Shown one piece after another: positions 1-9,899 of a DNA stretch of 51,832 nt. The stretch is from an uncultured Clostridia bacterium (lineage in GTDB: Bacteria > Bacillota_I > Bacilli_A > RF39 > UBA660): assembly GCA_947165945.1 (NCBI GenBank), contig CAMVCF010000004.1, forward strand, positions 1 to 51,832. The letters are read 5' to 3'. The position numbers and the translations under genes are program-made. A model generated the notes under the pieces. The model searched no databases, was not told where the DNA came from, and was given only the letters and a program-made list of their open reading frames with translations. Within the stretch, counting starts at the first letter, position 1; each line of letters begins with the position of its first letter.

Positions 1-8
1 TTAGACAT
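1..8 (-). CDS. 5' end of a gene running off the left edge (ATG at 8); identity unknown
   Basis: Minus strand reads GAGG-ttttatt-ATG TCT AA...; only two codons are visible. rnmV or rsmA follow tatD in Bacilli, but this cannot be verified here. Confidence 0.35.
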
Positions 9-13
9 AATAA

Positions 14-47
14 AACCTCGCTTCTATTTTGTCCAAGAAACGGGGTT
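14..47 (-). terminator. Hairpin after tatD, terminator-like and sequestering the next gene's SD
   Basis: Minus strand AACCCCGTTTCT-tggacaaaat-AGAAGCGAGGTT followed by TTATT; the 3' arm contains the GAGG SD. Confidence 0.5.
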
Positions 48-51
48 CATA

Positions 52-819
52 TCATAACGTTAATCTTTTGTATTGATTTAATATATTATTATTTGTTATT
101 TTAATAACTTCTTCTTTATTTAAATTTTTAATAGAACATAAATTATCACAAATTATAGATATATTTTTAGGTTCATTTTGGTTTCCCCTAAATGGTTCTG
201 GAGAAAGATATGGACTATCTGTTTCAAATACTATATTATCAATTGGAATACTTTTTAAAGTATTTTTCAAATTAGTATTTTTAAATGTTGATACTCCACC
301 TATCCCAAGTAAATATCCTTCTTTAATATAAAGTTTAGCAGTTTCTAAACTACCTGTAAAACAATGAATAGTTGTTTTTAAATTATATTCTTTTAAAATT
401 TTATAAGTATCTTGAAATGCATCCCTTGAATGAATTACAACTGGAAGATCTAATTTTTTAGCAAGAGATAGTTGATCTTTAAATAATTTAATTTGAGAAG
501 AAGTATTATTTTTATTATGAAAATAATCTAGTCCTATCTCTCCTATTCCAATTATTTTTTTATTATTGATAATTAAGTTTTCTAAATAAGGAATTGTTGT
601 TTCATCATAATCATTTATTTCATCTGGATGAATTCCTATTGTTAAATAAATATTTTCATATTTATTAATTATTTCTAAACTTTCTTTTATATCTTTAAGA
701 GAACAAGCTGACAAAATAAAGTTTGAGACATTATTCTCTTTGGCTCTTTTTAAGATATTATCTATATCATCATTTAAGTTTAAATGAAAATGAGTATCAG
801 TCAAACTATTTAGTTTCAT
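52..819 (-). CDS. tatD: TatD family hydrolase/nuclease
   Basis: Motifs DTHFHL, GIHP, IGEIGLDY, HSRDA, HCFTG, ETDSPYL; follows metG as in Bacillus. Confidence 0.95.
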   Translation of the reverse strand: MKLNSLTDTHFHLNLNDDIDNILKRAKENNVSNFILSACSLKDIKESLEIINKYENIYLTIGIHPDEINDYDETTIPYLENLIINNKKIIGIGEIGLDYFHNKNNTSSQIKLFKDQLSLAKKLDLPVVIHSRDAFQDTYKILKEYNLKTTIHCFTGSLETAKLYIKEGYLLGIGGVSTFKNTNLKNTLKSIPIDNIVFETDSPYLSPEPFRGNQNEPKNISIICDNLCSIKNLNKEEVIKITNNNILNQYKRLTL

Positions 820-2344
820 TTTTTATATCAATCCTCATAAAAATAGGTTTATAGTCATTGATATGAATATTAGTTTCTAATTGTCCAAATTTATCTGTTT
901 CATTATAATTTGTTTTTTTAGTATTTAATTCTCTTAATATTTCTTTTGAAGTATTTGGAAGATATGGACTAAGAAGAATCGCTCCTATTCTAATAGATTC
1001 TAATAAATTATATAAAACTGTTCTTAATTTATTGAAATTTTCTTCTTTTGCTAAAATCCATGGGGTTGTTTCATCTATATATTTATTGGATCTTCTAAAT
1101 ATTTCAAATATTGAGTCAAGGGCTTCTGGAATTTCTAATTTATCCATATAATTTTCTACTTTAGACTTAGTACTTGTAACTAAATTAATTAAATCTTTAT
1201 CAAATTCTGTTTCAACTTCTCCTTTTTCTATAATACCATCAAAATATTTTGAAAGCATTGATAAAGTTCTATTGACTAAATTACCAACTGTATTTGCAAG
1301 ATCTGTATTATATCTTGAAACGAGTAACTCTTCTGAAAACTGTCCATCTGATCCAAATGGAACTTCACGAAGCAAATAATAACGTATTGCATCAACTGAA
1401 TATTTTTCTATATATTCTCTTGGATCACGATAATTTCCTAAACTTTTGGATATTTTGCCTCCATTTATTATTAACCATCCATGACCAAATACTTGATGAG
1501 GAAGTGGTAAATCAAGTGCCATTAACATTATAGGCCAAATAATCGTATGAAATCTAACTATCTCTTTTCCTACAATATGTAAATCAGCTGGCCAATATTT
1601 TTTAAATTTAGAATCATCACTACTTAAATAACCCAAAGCACTAATATAATTTGATAAAGCATCAATCCAAACATAAACAATATGTTTTTCATCAAATGTA
1701 ACTGGTATTCCCCAAGTAAATGATGTACGAGACACACATAAATCTTCAAGTCCTGGTTTAATAAAGTTATTTAACATTTCATTTTTTCTTGAAATAGGTT
1801 GTATAAAATCTGGATGAGATTCTATATATTCAACAAGTCTATCCTGATATTTACTTAGTTTAAAAAAGTAAGCTTCCTCTGATACCATTGATACTTCTCT
1901 TCCACAATCTGGACATTTTCCATCAATAAGTTGAGTTTCAGTCCAAAATGATTCACAAGGAGTACAATAAAGTCCTTTATATTCTCCTTTATAAATATCT
2001 CCCTTGTCATACAATTTTTTAAATATCTTCTCGACCGTTTCTATATGATCTGGATCTGTTGTTCTTATAAATCTATCATATTCTATATTAAGACTTTTCC
2101 ATAAGTCTTTAGCATTTTCGATAATTTTATCAACATATTCTTTAGGAGTAACTCCGGCCTCAAGTGCTTTTTTTTCTATTTTTAAACCATGTTCATCGCT
2201 TCCTGTTAAAAAATATGTATCATATCCCATCATTTTCTTATATCTTGCTATTGTATCAGCTATAACTGTTGTATAACAATGACCTATATGAAAATTAGCT
2301 GATGGGTAATAAATTGGTGTTGTTATATAATATTTTTTGTTCAT
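806..2344 (-). CDS. metG: Methionine--tRNA ligase, short form without the C-terminal Trbp/EMAP domain
   Basis: YITTPIYY, HIGH, GSDEHG, CxxC zinc knuckle, YVWIDAL and KISKS (KMSKS variant); upstream Met T-box. Confidence 0.97.
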   Translation of the reverse strand: MNKKYYITTPIYYPSANFHIGHCYTTVIADTIARYKKMMGYDTYFLTGSDEHGLKIEKKALEAGVTPKEYVDKIIENAKDLWKSLNIEYDRFIRTTDPDHIETVEKIFKKLYDKGDIYKGEYKGLYCTPCESFWTETQLIDGKCPDCGREVSMVSEEAYFFKLSKYQDRLVEYIESHPDFIQPISRKNEMLNNFIKPGLEDLCVSRTSFTWGIPVTFDEKHIVYVWIDALSNYISALGYLSSDDSKFKKYWPADLHIVGKEIVRFHTIIWPIMLMALDLPLPHQVFGHGWLIINGGKISKSLGNYRDPREYIEKYSVDAIRYYLLREVPFGSDGQFSEELLVSRYNTDLANTVGNLVNRTLSMLSKYFDGIIEKGEVETEFDKDLINLVTSTKSKVENYMDKLEIPEALDSIFEIFRRSNKYIDETTPWILAKEENFNKLRTVLYNLLESIRIGAILLSPYLPNTSKEILRELNTKKTNYNETDKFGQLETNIHINDYKPIFMRIDIKNETK

Positions 2345-2355
2345 ATTATTCTCCT

Positions 2356-3126
2356 TTACTTAGTTTTAAATATTCCTAGAATGTCATTTCCAGCATATGT
2401 TTCAGGTAATTTACCATCCCATTTTTCAATAAATTCTTTTTCTATTAATTCATCAGTTAATGATTGTTTTAATAATTCATTAGCCTTCTTTGTAGCCTCT
2501 GCTTCAACAAGTTTTGCTTCACTTTCAAGGCGTGCTGTTGCAAGCTTTTGTTCGGCAACTTGCTTTTCTTCAATAGCACGAGAATATTCATCACTAAAAG
2601 CTAAATTAATAATATTAAAATTATCAATTACTATTCCATATTTCTCTACTTTTTCTTGTAATACTTGTAAAGATTCATTTGATACTTCTGATCTTTTTGT
2701 AATTGTTTCTTCGGCAGTATATTTAGAAATAACAGATTTTACACTTTCTTCTATTACTGGTTCTAAAACTGTTTTTTCATAACTATTTCCAACTGTTTTA
2801 TATAAACTACTTGCTTTAGTCTCTTGAACACGATAGTTAACTGCAATTCTTGTTGAAATATCTTGTAAATCACGACTTGCAGCACTTGTTTCAAGTTCTA
2901 CTTTTTGAACTTTAATATTTACTTTAACAATATCTTCAATATAAGGAATTTTTAAATTAAATCCCTCTCTTAAATTACTATCAATAATTTTACCAAATCT
3001 TACACGAAGTCCTACTTCACCACTTTGGATAGTTTGAAAACTACATAATACTGTAATAACTAATAATAATGCTATTACACCTAAAACAACAATTTTTTTA
3101 TTTTCTTTTAAATTAAAATTTTTCAT
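2356..3126 (-). CDS. SPFH/prohibitin (band 7) family membrane protein
   Basis: N-terminal TM helix, GEVGLRVRFG, KIPYIE, SRDLQ, AIEEKQVAEQ, IEKWDGKLP. Start set to the ATG at 3126 (GGTG SD); the ORF track starts at 3171. Confidence 0.9.
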   Translation of the reverse strand: MKNFNLKENKKIVVLGVIALLLVITVLCSFQTIQSGEVGLRVRFGKIIDSNLREGFNLKIPYIEDIVKVNIKVQKVELETSAASRDLQDISTRIAVNYRVQETKASSLYKTVGNSYEKTVLEPVIEESVKSVISKYTAEETITKRSEVSNESLQVLQEKVEKYGIVIDNFNIINLAFSDEYSRAIEEKQVAEQKLATARLESEAKLVEAEATKKANELLKQSLTDELIEKEFIEKWDGKLPETYAGNDILGIFKTK

Positions 3127-3160
3127 ATAATATTCTTTCACACCTTTTTCTTTAAAAACT

Positions 3161-3190
3161 CTAATTTTCATTTCTACACATCCGCATCAT
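3161..3190 (-). CDS. Putative 9-aa mini-ORF MMRMCRNEN
   Basis: GGAGGT SD (3198-3203) lies 7 nt before ATG ATG CGG ATG TGT AGA AAT GAA AAT TAG, immediately after the T-box terminator. Confidence 0.35.
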   Translation of the reverse strand: MMRMCRNEN

Positions 3191-3207
3191 TAAACTAACC
3201 TCCAATT

Positions 3208-3408
3208 AAAAAAAGACCTACATCCATAAGGACGAAGATCTCGTGTTACCACCTTAATTTACATATATAACATATGCCTCATTACTTATAACAGAGCAAC
3301 CTGTATATTTCTATAAGCTCCAAAACCATTTTCCATTTTCTTTAATAACTTTTCACACCTAACAAAGTCTCTCTTTAATTATCAAAAATGTACTCGTTTC
3401 TTCTTCGC
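3208..3408 (-). promoter_or_regulatory. T-box riboswitch, Met (AUG) specifier
   Basis: Minus strand shows the AGTA/GAA loop-E, AGAGAG and GGTGTGAA boxes, specifier GAA-A-ATG-G, T-box AATTAAGGTGGTAACACG, antiterminator AAGG...CGTCCTT and terminator AGATCTTCGTCC-TTAT-GGATGTAGGTCT-T-tract; it lies upstream of metG. Confidence 0.92.
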
Positions 3409-3419
3409 AATACGCATAC

Positions 3420-3448
3420 ATTATACCATAAAACTCCAAATTATTCAA
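3420..3448 (-). promoter_or_regulatory. SigA promoter of the T-box leader
   Basis: TTGAAT-N17-TATAAT with extended TG. Confidence 0.75.
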
Positions 3449-3962
3449 GATATTTCTCTAAATAACATTCTACCAGTTCAAAAACTTTAGAATCTACCTC
3501 TGATATTTTTTCACTTAAATATATAATTAATCCAACTGTATCACCATTTATAATTAAAGTTTTTATAAAAAAAGACGACTCAATATCTGATTCATTACTA
3601 TTTAAAGATAAAGAAGTTTTACTACTTTCCAACACTTCACTTCTTTCTTCTAAAATACTAGATAAATATGAACTTATTTCTTTATTTTCTAAATATTCAA
3701 AATTTTTACTTGCTATTTTAAAACAATTTAAATTAGTTAGTAATATATCAACATGATAAACACGACTTATAGAATTAATTAAATTTTTTAAAGATAAATC
3801 ATATTCATCTAACTCTGAATATCTGTTAAGTATTATCTCATCCCCTGATACATTTATTTCTACTTGTTCATTTTCTTTTATCTTTAATACTTTTCTAATT
3901 TCTTTAGGAATAACTATTCTTCCTAGACTATCTACTCTTCTTACCATTCCTGTTGCCTTCAT
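3441..3962 (-). CDS. spoVT: SpoVT/AbrB family transcriptional regulator (AbrB domain plus SpoVT-type C-terminal domain)
   Basis: MKATGMVRRVDSLGRIVIPKEIR N-terminus, 173 aa, and a C-terminal LIINGDTVGLII strand; lies downstream of mfd as in B. subtilis. Confidence 0.8.
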   Translation of the reverse strand: MKATGMVRRVDSLGRIVIPKEIRKVLKIKENEQVEINVSGDEIILNRYSELDEYDLSLKNLINSISRVYHVDILLTNLNCFKIASKNFEYLENKEISSYLSSILEERSEVLESSKTSLSLNSNESDIESSFFIKTLIINGDTVGLIIYLSEKISEVDSKVFELVECYLEKYLE

Positions 3963-3976
3963 TTAATCACCAAGAA

Positions 3977-4005
3977 TATTATCTCTCTAATTAAGAAATT
4001 TATAC
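3977..4005 (-). promoter_or_regulatory. Putative SigG/SigF-like promoter of spoVT
   Basis: GTATA-N17-GATAATA compared with SigG consensus GHATA-N17/18-CATAHTA; a short motif in AT-rich DNA. Confidence 0.35.
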
Positions 4006-4074
4006 CCAAAATTAGGTTTTTAAAAGTAATATTTATTTTAAAATTTAAAAAAAGATATTATTAGTTTAATACTA

Positions 4075-4662
4075 TTATATACCTATTGTATTTTTATTTA
4101 ATTCTAAATACTTAAAAAAACTTTCTTTAAATGTATTTAAAAGTATAATATCCCTACTATTTATAATATCTAATATTTTATTATTTAGATTATCTTTGAA
4201 AATGTTTTTTAAGTATTCTGTTATTCTTAAATTACAAAATGAATCATTATAGTTATTTGTAATTTTAGATACTAGATTATCTATATTATTATTTAAATTA
4301 TTATCTAAATTATCTTGTAATTCTATATTAATACTTTTTAATTTATCTTTATAATTATTAATATCTTCAAATTCATTATATAAAGATTCTATATTATTTT
4401 TTTTATTATCTAGTAAATTCATTAGAAATAATCTATAGTTTTCTATAAAATTATTTACGTTAGTTTCAATAATACTTTCGTTTTGAAAACTTTCGGCTAT
4501 TCCTAAAATTTTATTTTTAGTATCAAGCTTTATATTATTTAATAAATTATCAATTGCGAGTACTAGAACTTCTAAATTATTGGTAAGATCAAGATTAAGT
4601 TTATTCTTGTAAATTTCTTTATTTTTTACTTCTAACTGCTTCTTTATATCCTCCTCGTTCAT
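4075..4662 (-). CDS. Hypothetical helical/coiled-coil protein
   Basis: 195-aa ORF with AAAGGA SD and its own promoter; no recognisable motif. Confidence 0.7.
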   Translation of the reverse strand: MNEEDIKKQLEVKNKEIYKNKLNLDLTNNLEVLVLAIDNLLNNIKLDTKNKILGIAESFQNESIIETNVNNFIENYRLFLMNLLDNKKNNIESLYNEFEDINNYKDKLKSINIELQDNLDNNLNNNIDNLVSKITNNYNDSFCNLRITEYLKNIFKDNLNNKILDIINSRDIILLNTFKESFFKYLELNKNTIGI

Positions 4663-4694
4663 ATGTATTCCTTTCTATCATTTATTACATTAAT

Positions 4695-4723
4695 AGAATA
4701 TCAATTTTACATTATTTTGTCAA
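4695..4723 (-). promoter_or_regulatory. SigA promoter, with a TGTCGAA Spo0A-like box upstream at 4757-4763
   Basis: TTGACA-N17-TATTCT with extended TG. Confidence 0.65.
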
Positions 4724-4768
4724 ATTTTGATTATTAAAAAATAAAAAGTGAGCTAATTCGACATTTTT

Positions 4769-5290
4769 TTATCTTTTTAAAATTTCTTTTAACACTTCTT
4801 CTTTAGATAAGAAAAAAGCAGTTTTTAAATAATATTTTTGTCTAAAATTAAAAAAATATCTTGATAAATAAATATCGTTTAAATTAAATTTATATCCTTC
4901 TTTTTTTAAATATTTACAAGTAAATAACTTACAACTTATATTTTTAATTTTACACTTTCCTGTTTTTAAATCTAAATTTCTACAATCTGTTTTACCTAAA
5001 AATCTATGACAACATCCATTTAAATAAGAATCTTTCTTAATTTCTTTTTCTTTTAAAAATCGACAATTTTTACATATATTATTCTTAAAACCACATATGT
5101 TCTTTTCTTTAAACTCTTTATCTAAATAATCACATACTAAGTCATATAAATAACTATATCTTTCTTTCTTATCACTTATTTCTAAGATAGAATTAACTAT
5201 ATTTAACTTTTCTTCTATATTTTTTTCTTTTCTATTCTCTAAATATCTTTTAGTCTTATCATATATTTTTTTATCTTTTTTATTATACAT
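4769..5290 (-). CDS. Hypothetical Cys-rich protein, possibly Zn or Fe-S binding
   Basis: AGGAG SD; Cys cluster C-x6-CxxC...CC...C...C-x6-C-x4-C. Confidence 0.75.
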   Translation of the reverse strand: MYNKKDKKIYDKTKRYLENRKEKNIEEKLNIVNSILEISDKKERYSYLYDLVCDYLDKEFKEKNICGFKNNICKNCRFLKEKEIKKDSYLNGCCHRFLGKTDCRNLDLKTGKCKIKNISCKLFTCKYLKKEGYKFNLNDIYLSRYFFNFRQKYYLKTAFFLSKEEVLKEILKR

Positions 5291-5328
5291 ATAATACTCC
5301 TATAGATAGGATAACATAAATTTAGATT

Positions 5329-5358
5329 AAAAAAAACTAGTATAATTTTTTTACTAGT
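5329..5358 (-). terminator. Intrinsic terminator after mfd
   Basis: ACTAGTA-loop-TACTAGT followed by a T-tract on the minus strand. Confidence 0.55.
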
Positions 5359-8300
5359 CTTTTAATAAATCAATCAAATAATAAATTGGATGTTTATCAA
5401 GTCCTTTTAAGGATAAAGTTACATGAACTCTCAAATTATGATAACTAAAAGTAAAATTACGAGATATTTTATAAGCTTTTAGGAATAATTCTTCTCCATT
5501 AATACTTTTACTTACATCTATATTAAATATTAATTCCATAGAGTCTTTATTTTCTCTTATTTCTTCAACACCTTTTATTTTAGCTAATTTATCAAACCAT
5601 TCTTCATGCATATAAACAAGAATTTCATCGGTTGCTTTTCCAAATCTATCTTCAAATTCTTCTTTAACCATTAAAAGTTTATCATAAGAATCAATTGTAT
5701 TTATTAATTTATGAATTTCTATTTTTAGATGAGAATCATTTGTATATTGATCATCAATATGTGTAGATACCGAAATAAGTGGTTTTTCATCTTTTACTTC
5801 TTCTGGTATCGTTTCACCTTTTAAACGTTTGGTTTCATCATTTAAAATCTTTAGGTATAAATCAATTCCAACACTATCTATAAATCCAGCTTGCTCAGAG
5901 CCTAGTATATCTCCAGCTCCTCTTATAGATAAATCTCTGTTTGCAATTGCATATCCTGATCCTAATTCGGTAAATTCTTTTAAGACATTAAGTCTTTTAA
6001 TACTTGCATCATTTAATACTTTATTTTTAGGATACATAAGATAAGCATAAGCAACTTTATTACTTCGTCCAACACGTCCCCTTATTTGATATAGTTGAGA
6101 TAATCCAAATAATTGAGCATCAAGTACAATTAACGTATTTGCATTTGGAATATCTATACCTGTTTCAATTATAGTTGTACAAAGTAAAATATCATATTCA
6201 TGATTAATAAACTTAATCATTCTATTTTCAAGTTCAATTTTAGTTAATTGTCCATGAGCAACTACAATTCTAGCATTTGGAACAAGTTTTTGTATTTCTT
6301 CCATTTTAGATTCAATAGTTTCTACTCTATTATATAAGATAAATACTTGCCCATCCCTTAGCATTTCTTTAACAATAGCATCTCTTATTAATTCTTCTTG
6401 TTCATATACAACATAAGTTTGTACAGGAAAGCGATTAACAGGTGGAGTTGTAATAACTGATAATGCTCTAATTCCTACAATAGACATTTGAAGTGTTCTC
6501 GGAATTGGAGTTGCTGTTAAAGTCAACACATCAACATTTGATTTATATTGTTTTAATTTTTCTTTATGGACAACTCCAAATCTTTGTTCTTCATCTATTA
6601 TTAAAAGTCCTAAATCTTTAGGTTTTATATCATTACTTAAAAGTCTGTGAGTACCTATTACAATATCAATTGTACCATCTTTAAGCCCATCTGTTATTTC
6701 TTTTACTTTTTTTGGTGGTGTAAAACGATTTAAAATTTCTATTTTAACTGGGAAGTTTTTAAATCTATCAATAGCATTTAAATATTGTTGATTGGAAAGA
6801 ATTGTTGTTGGGCAAAGATATAATACTTGTTTCCCATCATATACTGCTTTAAACATAGCTCGAAAAGCAACCTCAGTTTTACCAAAACCTACATCACCAC
6901 ATAAAAGTCTATCCATTGGTTGGACTTTTTCCATATCATCTTTTATTTCATCATATGCTTTTATTTGATCAAGTGTTGGTATATATTCAAATTCTTTATA
7001 AAATTCATCATGATATTTAGTATCATGAGAAAAAGCAAATCCTTTTTGCATACTACGAAGTGCATATAATTTAATTAGTTTATCCGCAATATCATGAACT
7101 TTATTTATAATTCTTTGTTTATTTTTACGCCATTCAAGACTTCCTAATCCATTTATTTTAGGACTAACTCCTTCTCGTCCTGAATATTTACTTATAAGCT
7201 CTATTTTTTCAACTGGAATATAAAGTTTATCATCACCCTTATAAAGTATTTCTAAATAATCTTTTTTTAAATCATGGATACTTAAAGTTTTAATTCCATT
7301 ATATATTCCTATACCATTTATACTATGAACAACATAATCTCCTATTTCTAAACTATTTAAATCTCGTATCTTAACAGCATATTTAAATTTTGTTTTATAC
7401 TTCTTTTTGGTATTTTTTATATTAAATAAATCTTTATCTGTTAAAATAACTTTATCTTGATAGATAAAACCTTGTTGTAAATCAAAATTAACTATATTTA
7501 TTAGATTATCACTTAAATTATCTATACTAGTTAAGACATAATTAAGATCTAAATATTTGATAAAGTTTTTTATTTGATATTCTTTTAAACAAATAATAAT
7601 TTGCCTTTTCATATTAAAAGCATCTCTTAGATAAGTATTTATAACATCAATATTTTCATGAAACTTAGGTGAAGTTTTAATATGAAAATCATAATAATTT
7701 GTAAACTTATGATCAGGTATTAAATTATCAACACTTAAGTAATGAACAACTTTGTCTATATTTAATATATCAAGAGAAAACATATATTTTCCTTTATAAT
7801 CCTTGTCATCTTTTTTATAAGAATTGATCTCATCCAACATTTTTTGATAGTTATTTTTAATCAATGTAAAGTCTTTAGAAATAACAATTGGATCATCTAA
7901 ATAACCTGATATATTAGTTATCTCTTTTAAGTATTCTGGTAAGTATTTTTGACTTTTATAATCATCTATTGAACTATTATTAGCAAGTAAAAACTCTGTA
8001 TATGGATATATTATAAATTCTTGTATTTCTTTAATTGATTTTTGATTTTCTTCATTAAATATACGAATAGAATCAATTGTATCTCCAAAAAATTCTATTC
8101 TTATTGGATGATCACTTGAAACTGGAAAAATATCTATAATAAATCCTCTTACTCCAATTTCTCCAGTTTTGGTAACTAAAATTTCTCTTTTATACCCGAT
8201 ATTACATAGTTTTTCTACTAGTTTAGTTGGATCTATTTCCATATTTATTTTCAAATTTAAAATGTTTTCTTTATACACTTTTTTGGTTGGTAAATACCTT

Positions 8301-8635
8301 AAATAACCATTCATATGTGTAATAACAATTTTTTTAGAATCATTAACTAGTTCATTTAAAGTTTCAAGTCTTGTTACCATTAAATCTGGACTTATACTTA
8401 TTGCTTCACTTGTTAAAAAATCATCCATTGGAAAAAATAAGATATCACTTCTAACAGAACTTATAATATTTAATAAATTGTTTGCATCTGTTAAACTTGG
8501 AGTAACAATTAAGATACTTTTATTATATTCTTGAAACCAACTTTCAACTAATAGGCAAAAAGACTCATCAGTAAGTCCTGTAAGTCCTATATTTTCTTCA
8601 TATTTAATGTTAAATATATTAAATAAATTTTTCAT
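5354..8635 (-). CDS. mfd: Transcription-repair coupling factor
   Basis: GDYVVH CarD-like domain, DRLLCGDVGFGKTEVA, DEEQRFGV, TATPIPRT, QIRGRVGRS, DLSIRGAGDILG. Confidence 0.98.
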   Translation of the reverse strand: MKNLFNIFNIKYEENIGLTGLTDESFCLLVESWFQEYNKSILIVTPSLTDANNLLNIISSVRSDILFFPMDDFLTSEAISISPDLMVTRLETLNELVNDSKKIVITHMNGYLRYLPTKKVYKENILNLKINMEIDPTKLVEKLCNIGYKREILVTKTGEIGVRGFIIDIFPVSSDHPIRIEFFGDTIDSIRIFNEENQKSIKEIQEFIIYPYTEFLLANNSSIDDYKSQKYLPEYLKEITNISGYLDDPIVISKDFTLIKNNYQKMLDEINSYKKDDKDYKGKYMFSLDILNIDKVVHYLSVDNLIPDHKFTNYYDFHIKTSPKFHENIDVINTYLRDAFNMKRQIIICLKEYQIKNFIKYLDLNYVLTSIDNLSDNLINIVNFDLQQGFIYQDKVILTDKDLFNIKNTKKKYKTKFKYAVKIRDLNSLEIGDYVVHSINGIGIYNGIKTLSIHDLKKDYLEILYKGDDKLYIPVEKIELISKYSGREGVSPKINGLGSLEWRKNKQRIINKVHDIADKLIKLYALRSMQKGFAFSHDTKYHDEFYKEFEYIPTLDQIKAYDEIKDDMEKVQPMDRLLCGDVGFGKTEVAFRAMFKAVYDGKQVLYLCPTTILSNQQYLNAIDRFKNFPVKIEILNRFTPPKKVKEITDGLKDGTIDIVIGTHRLLSNDIKPKDLGLLIIDEEQRFGVVHKEKLKQYKSNVDVLTLTATPIPRTLQMSIVGIRALSVITTPPVNRFPVQTYVVYEQEELIRDAIVKEMLRDGQVFILYNRVETIESKMEEIQKLVPNARIVVAHGQLTKIELENRMIKFINHEYDILLCTTIIETGIDIPNANTLIVLDAQLFGLSQLYQIRGRVGRSNKVAYAYLMYPKNKVLNDASIKRLNVLKEFTELGSGYAIANRDLSIRGAGDILGSEQAGFIDSVGIDLYLKILNDETKRLKGETIPEEVKDEKPLISVSTHIDDQYTNDSHLKIEIHKLINTIDSYDKLLMVKEEFEDRFGKATDEILVYMHEEWFDKLAKIKGVEEIRENKDSMELIFNIDVSKSINGEELFLKAYKISRNFTFSYHNLRVHVTLSLKGLDKHPIYYLIDLLKD

Positions 8636-8637
8636 AT

Positions 8638-9195
8638 TTATCTCCTATTGTATTTAGACATTAAATCATTAAATGGTATTTTAAAGAATTCTTCTATAAT
8701 ATTTATTACTTCATTCTCTTTTATTTTTAATTCTTCTTGTTCTTCTTTAGTAAAATGTCCTAAAACATAGTCTTTAGTATCAACTAAATTACTTTTACTA
8801 ATTCCAATTTTTAAACGTTTAAAATTTTCTGTATTCAAATTTAAAATAATATTCTTTATTCCATTATGACCACCACTTGACCCATTTTCTTTTAATTTAA
8901 TTCTTCCAAATTCTAGATCTAAATCATCATGAATAACTAATATGTCTTTTGAATCTATTTTAAAATAATTTTTAAACATTATAACAGATTCTCCTGATAA
9001 ATTCATATACGTTTGAGGTTTTAATAAAATTACATCTTCATCATTTATTTTTACTTTAGCATAAAGTCCATTAAACTTTTCTTTAAAAGATATATTATTT
9101 TTATTAGCAAATAAATCTAAAAAATAAAAACCTATGTTATGACGAGTCATTTCATATTCCTTACCAGGATTACCTAGTCCAACAATTAATTTCAT
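8638..9195 (-). CDS. pth: Peptidyl-tRNA hydrolase
   Basis: KLIVGLGNPG, TRHNIGF, KPQTYMNLSG, HDDLD, GGHNG; start set to the ATG at 9195 (GGGTGA SD). Confidence 0.97.
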   Translation of the reverse strand: MKLIVGLGNPGKEYEMTRHNIGFYFLDLFANKNNISFKEKFNGLYAKVKINDEDVILLKPQTYMNLSGESVIMFKNYFKIDSKDILVIHDDLDLEFGRIKLKENGSSGGHNGIKNIILNLNTENFKRLKIGISKSNLVDTKDYVLGHFTKEEQEELKIKENEVINIIEEFFKIPFNDLMSKYNRR

Positions 9196-9303
9196 TTTAT
9201 CACCCACTTTTTATAAATAAAGAAAATCCCAATTTTTAATTAGGCTTTTCTTATTTTTTATATGTATATAGTAGCACAAAACAAGATAATTAACAAGTTA
9301 CTG

Positions 9304-9516
9304 CTATCCTACTTGTAAATTTTTCCCATAAAATGGTTTTGTTAATACTAATTTTTTAACTTTTGCTTTTTCTTCACGATTAAACTCTTCGATTTGATTA
9401 TTATATTCTATTATTTCTTTATACTTTAATACTAGTGATTTTAATATAATATAATTTTGCTTTAATTTTTCAAGCTCTTTTAATCTATTTATTTTCGTCA
9501 TAAATATTTTATACAA
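9304..9516 (-). CDS. Small hypothetical coiled-coil protein (start uncertain: TTG 9516 or ATG 9501)
   Basis: 70-aa ORF directly after the MerR gene; no clear SD. Confidence 0.45.
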   Translation of the reverse strand: MYKIFMTKINRLKELEKLKQNYIILKSLVLKYKEIIEYNNQIEEFNREEKAKVKKLVLTKPFYGKNLQVG

Positions 9517-9520
9517 ATTC

Positions 9521-9874
9521 TTAATTTTTTAAAATTATTTTTGTTTTTTCTTTAGTTATAGATTTTTCTAGTAAAGAATTAATTTCATTTATTTGAAAAG
9601 TAATTTGTTCTCTTTTCTTAATTAATTCTTGTTTTTTTACTTCTAAAATATCAAATGATAAATTATCAAAACTGTTTTTGATCTCTTCTAAAGTAAATCC
9701 TAATTTTTTTAAATACTCTATTCTTTTATATTCATTTAATTCTTTATCTGTATAATATCTATAGCTTGTATAAGAATCAACTTTAGATGGAATTAATAAA
9801 CCTATTTCATCATAGTATCTAAGTGTTTTAACACTTGCACCTGTTTGTTTAGAAAAATCTCCTATTTTATACAT
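9521..9874 (-). CDS. MerR family regulator with BmrR-like HTH and no effector domain
   Basis: MYKIGDFSK...KTLRYYDEIGLL.P..VD..T.YRYY, LKKLGFTLEEIK, then a coiled coil and stop at 117 aa. Confidence 0.9.
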   Translation of the reverse strand: MYKIGDFSKQTGASVKTLRYYDEIGLLIPSKVDSYTSYRYYTDKELNEYKRIEYLKKLGFTLEEIKNSFDNLSFDILEVKKQELIKKREQITFQINEINSLLEKSITKEKTKIILKN

Positions 9875-9899
9875 ACTAATCCCCCCACAATTTGCCTAT

